Virus record (IMG/VR): IMGVR_UViG_3300031994_000034
Strand: one strand, 5' to 3'
Origin: a virus
Length of the DNA stretch: 64,000 bases
Under the pieces are notes generated by a model. That model was not told the DNA's origin. It did no database searches and saw nothing but the letters and a program-made list of their open reading frames with translations. This document shows positions 27,616 to 36,798 of this stretch, piece by piece. How positions within the stretch are numbered: position 1 is the first letter of the stretch; each line of letters begins with the position of its first letter. The translations under genes and the position numbers were made by a program.

Positions 27616-29565
27616 TCACCTCGGTATTCCCGCCAAGTTTCCGAACCTTCCTCTCAGTCGTCCACCGATGTTGTGCTTGCCTTCGGCACATTCCCTGATG
27701 CCAATGAGCAGGTCATCGAAGGCGTCGGTGATGGTGGTGCGCTGGCGTTTGTCACCGCCTATGCCTTCTTCCGAGGTCAGTTTCTCCGTACCTTTGTACT
27801 TGCGGAACGTGCCTGGCACAACGGCGGTGTTTTCGAGTGCTGCCCGCAGATAGACACAACGCCCTGCTTCGCGGTTGATGAAGACGCTGGGCGATGCCTG
27901 ACCTGAGAAGCAGTCGTTGACGTACTGGTACTTGCGTTCGTGCCGCCACGATGTGAACTCTGCCCGCGTCACCTTGAAGCCGTAACCGGTCAGTTCGTCG
28001 GTCACTACGATATCGAAGCGCGACTGTTCCGATTCCTCCAGTGCGTAGGCTTTGTTGGCTCCCTGCTTGATGCTGCTGGCGACGTAGAAAATCACTTCCT
28101 TGCAACCACGACGCAGGAAGGGACGGTAATACTGTGCAAAGAGTTTCGACAGGCCACGCAGACGCACGCCGTCCTGCACGAAGAACTCCTTCATTACCAG
28201 CAGTGACGGTTTGCCTTGGAAGATGCGCCTCTGTCCGACTACGAAGCAGTTGATGTCCGAATTGGCATCCAGTGCTAAGCACAGGGGTTCTTTGTAGTCG
28301 AGGTCGAGGTCCAGACTGCAATCTTCGCCGTCGTGCTGTAACTGGTCCCATTCGAGCGATTCCGTCTCGAAGTCTGTAGGCCACCGCTGTCCGTCGAGCG
28401 CACGTCCTTTGACGCGGGTGCTGTACTTGTCGAATACGAGGTCGGTGATTTCTTCGCTGACGTAGGTGTTCAGTTCGGAGAAGTTGCAGTAGAAGCCGTC
28501 CTTGGCCGAACCGCGAGGCTGATTGAGGATTTGCAGACGGAAGAGCAGGTCGGGCAGTTCGCGTTGCATCTGACGAATCCATGCCTCCCCTCCCAACAAG
28601 GCTGCGTTCTCGATGCTGGAGAAACGCCAGAAGGTTTCGGACTGTGTGCGCAGGGCGTAGAGTTTGCGCAGGTAGTCCTCGCTCTGTGCCAGCCGTGCCG
28701 CGAAGTTGGTGTGGTGCTCCTTGTCGTAGAGTTCGGCATACCGCACCTCAGCCATCATTTCCTCTATCTTTCGGTTGACATCGGTGGTCTCATACTCCGC
28801 CTCCTTTTCCCAGAGGCATTCACGGGCGTTCAGTCCTGCATCGCTCACCCAGAGTTGCGAGAGCCATTTGTTGTTCATCTTCGGGTCGGTGCCGTAGCCC
28901 CATCGTTTCTGCTCGGTCTTGCGATACGCCTTGGGCAGGAAGTCGCCACGCAGGGTAGGCAGCACTTCCTCCTTCACGCGCTGCCACGGCATATACTTCG
29001 TCTCGTCGCCCATAATGGCCGCAAGGTTCAGGCCATTGGCAGATCCCTTGACTGCGAGTGAAATCATCTGCCAGACAAAGCCGTTGGCAAACGATACGCA
29101 ATTCTCCCACACCCTCGGCTTTGCCAGCGGCGTAGGCCATCTGAGACGGGCAGGCGGACGGCCAAGGAAGTAATGCACGCCCTCTACGAAACCCAGCAGA
29201 TTCATCACCTTCAGCACGTTGGGCATCGTGCGCGTGTAATTCTGCTTGGCACTGGCTCCGCAGAAACCGCCCATCATGCGGGCCAGTCCGATGGTCACGT
29301 CGGCCATGTTGAATGCCAGGAACGCCGACTTGCCCGTACCGCGTCCTGCCAATACCTTGGTGGAGCGTGAGCCGAAGTTGCGGACTTTCTTCTGCCACGG
29401 AGCCATATACACCGTGTTGCGCTTGTCGCCCTGGTAGTCGATGTATTCGCCATCCTCGCCGCAGTCCTCGTTGGCATGTCCGGGCTTGTAGTCCTCCACG
29501 TTGGGGAGCATCCGCGACTCAAACAGATCGCTGCTGTTGTTGGGGTTACTGCCTATTCTTGACAT
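27616..29565 (-). CDS. terL: Terminase large subunit
   Basis: 649 aa. P-loop VLAGRGTGKSAFLAF about 75 aa from the N-terminus. Confidence 0.75.
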   Translation of the reverse strand: MSRIGSNPNNSSDLFESRMLPNVEDYKPGHANEDCGEDGEYIDYQGDKRNTVYMAPWQKKVRNFGSRSTKVLAGRGTGKSAFLAFNMADVTIGLARMMGGFCGASAKQNYTRTMPNVLKVMNLLGFVEGVHYFLGRPPARLRWPTPLAKPRVWENCVSFANGFVWQMISLAVKGSANGLNLAAIMGDETKYMPWQRVKEEVLPTLRGDFLPKAYRKTEQKRWGYGTDPKMNNKWLSQLWVSDAGLNARECLWEKEAEYETTDVNRKIEEMMAEVRYAELYDKEHHTNFAARLAQSEDYLRKLYALRTQSETFWRFSSIENAALLGGEAWIRQMQRELPDLLFRLQILNQPRGSAKDGFYCNFSELNTYVSEEITDLVFDKYSTRVKGRALDGQRWPTDFETESLEWDQLQHDGEDCSLDLDLDYKEPLCLALDANSDINCFVVGQRRIFQGKPSLLVMKEFFVQDGVRLRGLSKLFAQYYRPFLRRGCKEVIFYVASSIKQGANKAYALEESEQSRFDIVVTDELTGYGFKVTRAEFTSWRHERKYQYVNDCFSGQASPSVFINREAGRCVYLRAALENTAVVPGTFRKYKGTEKLTSEEGIGGDKRQRTTITDAFDDLLIGIRECAEGKHNIGGRLRGRFGNLAGIPR

Positions 29566-29574
29566 AGTTTCTGA

Positions 29575-30270
29575 TTACTCTGAATACTCCGATTGCTCCG
29601 ACTGGCAACTCCCCTCGCCTTCGGAAGAGGGGTCGGGAGAGAGGCTTTTTCCCCTTGCCACCATCACCTCCACCAGTTTTTCGATGCGCAACTCCTTCTC
29701 GTCCACATAGCCGCCGTACTTCGACATGATGCGCTTCATCTCCGGGTCGTCCACATCCTGTTTCGTGTCGTCGGCGTCCTTCGCGCTCGTCGTCACCACC
29801 GGCGGCAGGAATGCCATCTTGCTCATGTCTATGCGCTCTTCCTCCGGCTTATCCAGTTGTGCCACCTCCATCAGGCGTTTCGAGCCTTTGTCCAGTGCGT
29901 TCACATTGTCGGTCTCCATACCTATCTTCATCATCTTGTCGGCTGCGGCGCGTACCTTCGCCTCGTCCATGCGGCGGCTGGGCGGAGCGATATGCTCCAC
30001 CACGAAGTCGAACAGAAACTTATCTTTCTGCGCCATGCGCCACTCGGAGTAAATATCTGCCCCCTTGCCCTTCACCAGTTGCTTGAACATGGCGAAGGGG
30101 TCCAGTGTAATCGGGTTCTTCACCCATTGCCAATAGACGTGCTGCACCCGTGCGAGGCGTTCCTTGTGCTCGCGCCGCAGGTCGAGGTCGGAAATGGGCA
30201 CTCCCTGCTCGAAGTGCATCAGTGCGCCCATCATCAGCTTCTGCGATATGGTTGTTGATTCTTCTTCCAT
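29575..30270 (-). CDS. Hypothetical protein upstream of terL (small terminase by position only)
   Basis: Complete ORF, 9-nt gap to terL. The C-terminal SEQSEYSE is encoded by a nonamer-word array. Confidence 0.35.
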   Translation of the reverse strand: MEEESTTISQKLMMGALMHFEQGVPISDLDLRREHKERLARVQHVYWQWVKNPITLDPFAMFKQLVKGKGADIYSEWRMAQKDKFLFDFVVEHIAPPSRRMDEAKVRAAADKMMKIGMETDNVNALDKGSKRLMEVAQLDKPEEERIDMSKMAFLPPVVTTSAKDADDTKQDVDDPEMKRIMSKYGGYVDEKELRIEKLVEVMVARGKSLSPDPSSEGEGSCQSEQSEYSE

Positions 30271-30314
30271 AGTGCTAATTCATCATTGTCACCACACGTG
30301 GCAACTTTTAATTT

Positions 30315-30653
30315 TTAACTTTTCACCTCGTCCGCTTCTTGCCACCCCGTGTCGGGTACAAACCCGTCCTTCTCCTGGAGGTACATCACCCGTTGTGCGC
30401 CGAGCCAGTGCCAGCGGAAACCGTACTCCAGCAGCAGTCGTTCCGCCATCGGCCACGGGTCGCCCCAGTCGATTGTGGCCCGCAGTCCCATCGCGTCGCG
30501 CAGTTGTCCGGCATCCATCACCTCCACGCCGATGGCGAAGCCCGGCATGGGCATCCACCGCTCAATGAAACCCATCACCGCCGCCTTCGCGTTGTTCTCC
30601 ACCGCGTCGATGTCTGTCACCTTCTTCGGTTTCTCTTCGTCTTGTTCTGCCAT
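30315..30653 (-). CDS. Hypothetical protein (112 aa)
   Basis: ATG at 30653 (MAEQDEEK). The longer track ORF begins inside a word-repeat array. Confidence 0.5.
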   Translation of the reverse strand: MAEQDEEKPKKVTDIDAVENNAKAAVMGFIERWMPMPGFAIGVEVMDAGQLRDAMGLRATIDWGDPWPMAERLLLEYGFRWHWLGAQRVMYLQEKDGFVPDTGWQEADEVKS

Positions 30654-30710
30654 AGTTCCGATTGTTCTGATTATTCTGAATACTCGGAGTGCTCTGAGCA
30701 ATCTGATGAC

Positions 30711-31343
30711 TCACACCTCCCTGTACTCCTTCGTCGCATCGAAGCTCGGGCACGCCTTGTTGGCGAAGTCACGATGTCCGTGTATCTCTGCTCCAGGATA
30801 CATCCGTCTGAGGTCCAGCAGCAGCGAGAGCAACGCTGTCTTCTGCAGGTCGGTGCGCGTGTCCTTCGGTGTCTTGCCGTCGGTGGCCACGCCGCCCACA
30901 TACACCACGCCGATGCTGTTAGCGTTGTGCCCCGTGCAGTGCGCTCCGCTGATGTCCACGTCGCGCCCCTCGTGTACCGTGCCGTCGCGATACACCACAT
31001 AGTGATAGCCAATGTCGCTCCAGCCTTGCTGCTTGTGCCACTGGCGGATGTCCGCCACCGTATAATCGCGATACTCCGGCGTGGCCGTGCAATGCACGAT
31101 AATCTCCGTGATGCGTCGCTTCGACCGTTTCAGTCCCAACGCCACCTTTGCCATGCCCGGCAAGAGTTTCGCCAACGTAGCAGGACCCGCGATGCCATCG
31201 TCCTTCAGTCCGTGCTCACGCTGAAACTGCTTCACGGCCTCCGTCGTCAGCGGCCCCCAGATACCGTCGGGGTAAAGATTCAGCGCCCGCTGTATCTGCT
31301 TCACCACTTCTCCCCTACTCCCTTGCTTGTAAAGTGTTGCCAT
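30711..31343 (-). CDS. Endolysin: N-acetylmuramoyl-L-alanine amidase with N-terminal peptidoglycan-binding domain
   Basis: GSRGEVVKQIQRALNLYPDGIWGPLT...; IVHCTATP...GYHYVV...HCTGHNANSIGVVYVGG...HRDFANKACPSF. Confidence 0.85.
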   Translation of the reverse strand: MATLYKQGSRGEVVKQIQRALNLYPDGIWGPLTTEAVKQFQREHGLKDDGIAGPATLAKLLPGMAKVALGLKRSKRRITEIIVHCTATPEYRDYTVADIRQWHKQQGWSDIGYHYVVYRDGTVHEGRDVDISGAHCTGHNANSIGVVYVGGVATDGKTPKDTRTDLQKTALLSLLLDLRRMYPGAEIHGHRDFANKACPSFDATKEYREV

Positions 31344-31379
31344 ATCTTCTAAGTGAAAAATGAAAAAATCTAAGTTACC

Positions 31380-32015
31380 TCACATACCCCTCGCAGATAT
31401 CCACGATGTGTTCACAAAGTGGGGGGGGTAAGATGAGCGTAGTGTCCTGTCCTTGATGGCCTGCAGCCCTTGCTTCGTTCCCCTCGGTGCCCGCTCGTGG
31501 CAGGGGTCGCCGTTCTTGCAAGGCGGTCGGAACTGCGGGTCGGGGTGGTTCGTCCAGATGTCCGTTGCCTTGCGGTAGGTGAAACCGTACTGGCAGTAGG
31601 TTATCAGGTGGCGCGGCAAACCCCGCATGTAGTCCATCTTCCTCAGTCCGCCCATCGGGTTCTCGATGAACCAGAGGCGTGGCGCGAGCTCGCGGATGAG
31701 TTGCAGCGTGTGCTTGTTCACCTCGTCGGCTCGCCGTGCCTTCTCCGTCTTGGGCAGCAGCGTACCCGTCACAGGGTCTTTCGTCCGATGGAAGCCGATG
31801 GCGGCCACCGAGAACGTGGTGCAGTCGCATCCGGCCCAGATTACGTCGGGCTGTCCGAACCGCTCACGGATCATGTCGGCAGTCAGTTTCATGATGTCGC
31901 AGTGCAGCGACGACGGAAACCGCTCGTCCCAATCCACCGTGAAACACTCATGCCCCCGCTTTCGGAAAGCATCGCTCAGGCACTCCGTGCCGCTGAATAG
32001 TTCCAGTACCTTCAT
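31380..32015 (-). CDS. DNA (cytosine-5) methyltransferase candidate; C-terminus affected by a C8 tract
   Basis: KVLELFSGTE, GCDCTTFS, WFIENP, YCQYGFTYRKATDIW. ATG at 32015. Confidence 0.65.
   Translation of the reverse strand: MKVLELFSGTECLSDAFRKRGHECFTVDWDERFPSSLHCDIMKLTADMIRERFGQPDVIWAGCDCTTFSVAAIGFHRTKDPVTGTLLPKTEKARRADEVNKHTLQLIRELAPRLWFIENPMGGLRKMDYMRGLPRHLITYCQYGFTYRKATDIWTNHPDPQFRPPCKNGDPCHERAPRGTKQGLQAIKDRTLRSSYPPHFVNTSWISARGM
31421..31428. repeat. G8 (C8 on the coding strand) homopolymer near the 3' end of the C5-MTase gene
   Basis: aaagtGGGGGGGGtaagatg. Confidence 0.9.
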
Positions 32016-32063
32016 AGTTCGTCTTGTCTGTCTTCTATGCTGCAAGATTCTTGCAGCCATCAG

Positions 32064-32654
32064 TTAAACCAATGCACCTCCGGCGCACCCTGCCATCCCT
32101 TCTCCCACACGAACCAGGCGTAGGCTGTGGCCGAACCGCCGGTGTTCTCGAAGTCGCCGTTCATGGCGCATTTCAGCCGTGCATGACTGACCCACACCCT
32201 TCGGGGGGGGGTAATTCTCAAACAGCCGTGCGCGACGCTTCCCTTCGAGGAACGTCAGTTTGAGGAACATCGCCACTTTCCTCCCCTCTGGGATGATTGC
32301 CAGCGCCTTTTCCACAAACTCCTGTGCGAAGGCATAGGGCGGGTTTGTCACGATATCGCCCTCCCAATGGGTGTTGTCGGGAGAGAGGAAGTCGGCTACC
32401 TCTCCAAAGCCTCGGTCGGCAAGGTCGCGACTTACCACCTCGTAGCCAGCCTCCATGAGTTGCTTGGAGATATGGCCCTCTCCGCACGACGGTTCGAGTA
32501 TCGGTCCACGGAACTGTTCTATCTTGCAGAGCCAGTCCGTTGCTGCCGGTTCCGTGGCGTAGTAGTCCTTGTCTGCCCGCTCGTGATCGCAGTGGTTACT
32601 CGCCCCAATGGTTTTGAAGGTCGATGCGCTGCCGCCTTTCCAGTCTCGTGCCAT
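32064..32654 (-). CDS. DNA N6-adenine methyltransferase, frameshifted at a C9 tract
   Basis: ILEPSCGEGHI (motif I) and IVTNPPYAF (motif IV). After the tract the listed frame looks non-native, while the -1 frame reads ...SATAYAWFVWEKGWQGAPEVHWFN* (stop 32060-32062). Confidence 0.8.
   Translation of the reverse strand: MARDWKGGSASTFKTIGASNHCDHERADKDYYATEPAATDWLCKIEQFRGPILEPSCGEGHISKQLMEAGYEVVSRDLADRGFGEVADFLSPDNTHWEGDIVTNPPYAFAQEFVEKALAIIPEGRKVAMFLKLTFLEGKRRARLFENYPPPKGVGQSCTAEMRHERRLREHRRFGHSLRLVRVGEGMAGCAGGALV
32203..32211. repeat. G9 (C9 on the coding strand) homopolymer inside the N6-MTase gene
   Basis: cccttcGGGGGGGGGtaattctc. It shares the G-run + TAATTCTC flank with 17307-17321. Confidence 0.9.
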
Positions 32655-32666
32655 AGGCTTTTAAAG

Positions 32667-32870
32667 TCACATTTTAATCAATTCCTGCACATGTCTCGGT
32701 ATCGGTTTCTCTCTGCCTATGTCGATAGTCACTCGGTTGCTCCACTTCTCGCAGTGCATCCGTGCGTTCACCTTCATGTCAGGCACCAGTCCGCAAATGT
32801 TCACCCCTCTGCCGTCGGCATAGAGTTTTAAAATCCTCCGTGTGCAATTCATACAATTCCTTGGTGTCAT
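32667..32870 (-). CDS. Small Cys-containing hypothetical protein (67 aa)
   Basis: ATG 32870 (MTPRNCMNCTRR). The longer track ORF starts inside a nonamer array. Confidence 0.45.
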   Translation of the reverse strand: MTPRNCMNCTRRILKLYADGRGVNICGLVPDMKVNARMHCEKWSNRVTIDIGREKPIPRHVQELIKM

Positions 32871-32905
32871 AGTCCTTTCTCTGATTATTCCGAGTATTCG
32901 ATTAC

Positions 32906-33421
32906 TCACTCTTCAATGTACAAATCCTCATTCACGCACAGGTTCAGCGGCTCTTCTCTGGTGAACTGGACCATCACCCCGTACCATCCATCCTCTTTCG
33001 GGTCGGTCGATACGAAGTCAATCATCGCATTGTCCAGGTCAATCCGCGCAAAGTCGCCGTCGATATTCTCCTCCAGCTCCTTCTTGTGCTTATCGAGCAA
33101 CCAGGCGAGGAACTGCTGGCAGTGATACCACGCCTCTTCCCGCGCCTCTGCCGCTGCCTCCCCGTCCGCCATCGCCCTGGCACGGACGAAGAAATACACC
33201 GGGTACGTCCGCTCGGGTCGCGTAATCGTACCGCCACCCTCCACCACGCTCTCCATCATCACCATAGGCGAGAACTTCGGCATAATGCCCTTTGCCATCT
33301 CCACCAACCCGCCCTGCGAGTCCGTCAGGTAAAACCGCTTATTGCCGTTCTCCGGGTTGTCCAGCATCGGCTTATACGTCTTGCACCATTGGCGCACAAT
33401 ACTGTGAAATGTCATAATCAA
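32906..33421 (-). CDS. Hypothetical protein (171 aa)
   Basis: Complete ORF. Confidence 0.6.
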   Translation of the reverse strand: MIMTFHSIVRQWCKTYKPMLDNPENGNKRFYLTDSQGGLVEMAKGIMPKFSPMVMMESVVEGGGTITRPERTYPVYFFVRARAMADGEAAAEAREEAWYHCQQFLAWLLDKHKKELEENIDGDFARIDLDNAMIDFVSTDPKEDGWYGVMVQFTREEPLNLCVNEDLYIEE

Positions 33422-33463
33422 TTATGAATTGTGAATTATGAACTATGAATTATGAATTGTGAA

Positions 33464-34678
33464 TTATGAATTGATTTCCACTCCGAAGTGTGCCGCTGCT
33501 ACCACCACCTTCTCATCCTTCAGCGCAGCTTCCAGCGGTTCCAGCGTCAGGTACTCCTTCCAGTTCACCTTCCATTGCTCAATGCGTTTCTCCCTGGCCT
33601 TCCCCTCTTTTCCTCGCCGCAAGTCGATGAGCCACTTCCGCAGCTCCCGGCGTCTCGCCTTTTGCTCCGAGGTCAGTTCAGTTGGATTACTCTGACTACT
33701 CTGATTACTCTGAGTATTCCGATCACTCTGGCCACCCTCCACGACATAAGCGTTGCCGAGAGCATCGACGCCCACGCGCCCGTCGCGGACCAGCTTCTCC
33801 CACTCCGCATCCAGTTCCAGGTAAATCCCCTTCAGCGTCGCGTCAATCCTCGTCGCCTTCCGCGCCCACGCAGCCCGTGCATCCGGCTTCGCGTTCACGT
33901 CCTCCATCAGCAGGCGCATCTTCTCCCGCGCCTCGTCCAACTCCCTCAGCAGTCCTCTGACAGCCCCTGCCCGCTCCTGCGTCCCCTTCGGCAGCAAGTA
34001 TGCGTACTGGTCAATGTGCTTTGGACGGGCAGGAATAAGCGTGCCCTGCGGTTTCCCAGTAGGGAGGGGAGCAGATACCGCTGCTGGTAGTGTGCCCTGC
34101 GATTCTGTCGCAGGGTTCCCTTGCGTCTTTCCTTGCGCCTGCAGTGCGCCCGTCGGTTTTCCCGTAGGGAGGGGAGTATTCGCCTTTGCCTGCAGTGCGC
34201 CCGTCGGTTCTTGCTTAGGCAAGCGTCCCTTTGGGCCGAGTACCGTCGCAGCCCTCTCGGTTTTCTGATTACTCTGATTATTCCGAGTATTCGGCCCGAC
34301 CTTCCCCGCTGCGCCAGCACCATTGTGAATTGTGAATTGTAAATTGTGAATTGCCGAAAGCTCTTCCGTGAGCTTTCGGACCGCTCTCCATGCACTCTTT
34401 ACCCACAACCGGCTCGGCAGCCACGTCTCCGTCACTGCCATCAATGCCGTCATCAGCACCGCCCCCTCGTGCGCCGCCTCGCAGTCCTCTTTCTCCCACC
34501 TTCCGCTCATCGTCATCAGATTCTGCGCCCGAGCCATCGGCCTATCCGTCAGCGCAAGCAGCCGCTCCCCAGCCGTGCGCAACCACTCCCCCACCCTCTT
34601 GCGGTACGCCTTGCGCTCCTGCGCCGTCATATCCCCGTAGGGTTTCAGGTATTCACCCGTCGTTATCTTCTTAATCAT
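33464..34678 (-). CDS. Hypothetical protein (404 aa) with low-complexity centre and word-repeat inserts
   Basis: Complete ORF. Internal PLPTGKP(T/Q)G(A/T)L repeats. Nonamer and heptamer arrays are read in frame. Confidence 0.6.
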   Translation of the reverse strand: MIKKITTGEYLKPYGDMTAQERKAYRKRVGEWLRTAGERLLALTDRPMARAQNLMTMSGRWEKEDCEAAHEGAVLMTALMAVTETWLPSRLWVKSAWRAVRKLTEELSAIHNLQFTIHNGAGAAGKVGPNTRNNQSNQKTERAATVLGPKGRLPKQEPTGALQAKANTPLPTGKPTGALQAQGKTQGNPATESQGTLPAAVSAPLPTGKPQGTLIPARPKHIDQYAYLLPKGTQERAGAVRGLLRELDEAREKMRLLMEDVNAKPDARAAWARKATRIDATLKGIYLELDAEWEKLVRDGRVGVDALGNAYVVEGGQSDRNTQSNQSSQSNPTELTSEQKARRRELRKWLIDLRRGKEGKAREKRIEQWKVNWKEYLTLEPLEAALKDEKVVVAAAHFGVEINS

Positions 34679-34747
34679 AAAGCCTTCAGTGTTTAGATGT
34701 TCCCTTGTTCCGTATGCTGCGATACTATCGCAGCCCTGCGAAATCCC

Positions 34748-35071
34748 TCACGCTCGGCAATCGGTATTTTCACTTTTCACTTGCGCAGCGTCCCGGTACA
34801 TCTTCGCCAATTCGTCCGGCAGCAGGTCTCTCTTTAGCATCTCCTTGGCCTGTCCTCCCAGCACGCTGTTGAGCAACTGCCACAGCAGCAGATGGTCTTC
34901 GTCGGTCATACGCTCCGGGGCCTGCGGTTTGTCGTTGATTTTGCACGTCAGGCTCATTTTGTTGCTCTTCCCGAAATACGTCATGCTGAACTGCAGTCTT
35001 ACCCGCTCCAGCTTCTTTTGAAATTTCTCCCTGTCAATCTGTTTCATAATCGTAAATTTTATTTTTTTCAT
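34748..35071 (-). CDS. Hypothetical protein (107 aa)
   Basis: ATG 35071 (MKKIKFTIMKQ), 5 nt after the stop of the upstream gene. Confidence 0.5.
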   Translation of the reverse strand: MKKIKFTIMKQIDREKFQKKLERVRLQFSMTYFGKSNKMSLTCKINDKPQAPERMTDEDHLLLWQLLNSVLGGQAKEMLKRDLLPDELAKMYRDAAQVKSENTDCRA

Positions 35072-35076
35072 TTTAC

Positions 35077-35478
35077 TCAGAAGCTCTTTGCTTCCTGTGT
35101 CACCTTCTCCAACTCCCTCTTCTTCTCCATGATTGGCCCAAGGTCCACACGCGGCGCACCCTGGCACCACGCCCGGAAGTTCGGACAACCGCCCGACGAC
35201 CCGAACACCTCCATGTAATCACAGGTGTAGTCGTACCACCGCATCAGTTCCTCCTCCGGCAGGTCGTCCGTCAGGTCCTCAATCATCGTCTGCATCCCGA
35301 AGGCATAGTCCCCGAACATACACGTGTCGCAGAACTCATCCACGAAATACGTGTCCCGGTCATCATACCTCGGCAGCTCATGCTTCTCCGCGAACAGATT
35401 CACAATCTCCACCGCCGCTGCCCGCAGGCCCTTAATTGCCTTCAGCGCCAATTCATGTTTCTTTTCCTTCTCAGTCAT
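35077..35478 (-). CDS. Hypothetical protein (133 aa)
   Basis: Complete ORF. Confidence 0.6.
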   Translation of the reverse strand: MTEKEKKHELALKAIKGLRAAAVEIVNLFAEKHELPRYDDRDTYFVDEFCDTCMFGDYAFGMQTMIEDLTDDLPEEELMRWYDYTCDYMEVFGSSGGCPNFRAWCQGAPRVDLGPIMEKKRELEKVTQEAKSF

Positions 35479-35494
35479 AGCCCTTTCAATTATT

Positions 35495-35920
35495 CTATTC
35501 AGAGAATTTGTTGGGATTTGCCTGCATATCCCAAAGCAACTCCACCAGCGGCGTCGGCTTGTAGTTCCACTTGCCGTCTTCGTACAGTTGCACGTCAGTC
35601 ATCTTGTCGGCGTCCTTGTTGAGAATAACATGGCCAAGCATCTTTTTACTCTCCTCCCGGATGATGCGCGCCACATCCTGCTTGCTGATGTAGCAGTATT
35701 CGCGAGCTTCGCATCCGCGCATCAGGCCCACAAGATTCTCAACCATGTGCTTGCCAGGAAGTGTCTGGTCGGGCGTTGGTGTCCACTCCCAGAGCAGACG
35801 GAAAAGGGTCAGTACCTCCTCATCGGTGGCGTCATTCTGTGTTGGCTTGGCAATCTGCCTTTGCAGTTGCTGCATGTGGCGCACCAGTCGCACCAAAGCC
35901 TTTGTTTCTTCTTTTCTCAT
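35495..35920 (-). CDS. Hypothetical protein (141 aa from ATG 35920; alternative GTG start at 36028)
   Basis: The region between 35921 and 36024 is a TTCACTT word array, as at other gene junctions. Confidence 0.5.
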   Translation of the reverse strand: MRKEETKALVRLVRHMQQLQRQIAKPTQNDATDEEVLTLFRLLWEWTPTPDQTLPGKHMVENLVGLMRGCEAREYCYISKQDVARIIREESKKMLGHVILNKDADKMTDVQLYEDGKWNYKPTPLVELLWDMQANPNKFSE

Positions 35921-36024
35921 ACTTTTCACTTTTAACTTTTCACTTTTCGCTCGGCTATGCCGCTTGGCTCGTCCAAATAATCGCTTCAGCGCTTGCGTAG
36001 AAAATCGGAGCAAGAACTCTCCAC

Positions 36025-36387
36025 TCACCTTTCGTCCCCGCTCCCGTCAATCACTCCCCTCTTCTTCCTGTCTGCCAACTTCGCCAGGTTCTCCTCCGCC
36101 ACATCCTCCAGCGACCAGCCCATCACGCGGCACAGTCCACTGAGCTGCCACAGCACATCACCCGCCTCGCGCCGCAGCTCCGCGATTTCCTCGTCCGTCA
36201 TCACATGACGGCTCTCCGTCAGCAGGCTGTTACGGTCAATCGACGCCTCCTCGTGTCTGATACTCTTCGCCACCTTTCCCGCAAACTCGCCCACCTCGCC
36301 CACGAGGTTCAGCATCATGTAAGAGAAGTTCCGGCACGACGGCATACACGTTCCCATCGCCCGCTGTTGATACTCGTTCAGTTCCAT
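36025..36387 (-). CDS. MazG-like nucleotide pyrophosphohydrolase
   Basis: LVGEVGEFAGKV ... EAGDVLWQLSGL ... NLAKLADRKKRGVIDGSGDER. ATG 36387 lies just downstream of promoter P4. Confidence 0.75.
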   Translation of the reverse strand: MELNEYQQRAMGTCMPSCRNFSYMMLNLVGEVGEFAGKVAKSIRHEEASIDRNSLLTESRHVMTDEEIAELRREAGDVLWQLSGLCRVMGWSLEDVAEENLAKLADRKKRGVIDGSGDER

Positions 36388-36403
36388 ATTTTTGTTTTTT
36401 CGT

Positions 36404-36440
36404 GTAATATACATATACCGTATTTCAAGGTCAAGGGCAA
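36404..36440 (-). promoter_or_regulatory. Promoter P4 of the TTGCCCTTGA-N19 family (leftward; -7 box TATATTAC)
   Basis: The minus strand reads TTGCCCTTGA (36440-36431), a 19-nt spacer, then TATATTAC (36411-36404). Confidence 0.5.
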
Positions 36441-36798
36441 ACAAACCGAGAGGAAAGAACCACGGCAAAGTTTAGTGACAACTAAACAACAATGCAGCCC
36501 GCGAACAACTATGATGCTCGCATGACATACCCCTCATTTTATGTTTTACAACATATTTTGCTTAAATATTCATTTAATTATTTGCTCAAATGATTAAATA
36601 AGCATACCTTTGCACCAGCTACAACATTCTGACAGCCGAGAGCATATACGGACGTGTCCGGCAACCGCATGGCGGCGGCCCCAAGTTTACTTGACGTGGG
36701 CGCAGCACGGCGGGGCATCAGGCAGAGCCTGTTATGCCGAGGCCAAAGAAATGTCGAACTGAGCGAAACGATGTTCAACATTTTATACGTATATTATT

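Noticed and set aside
17307-32211. Treating the three MTase frameshifts as certain phase variation
   Set aside because: Homopolymer length errors are a common sequencing or assembly artefact. Without reads I can only state that the tracts exist, that they are confined to MTase genes, and that each is out of frame as assembled.
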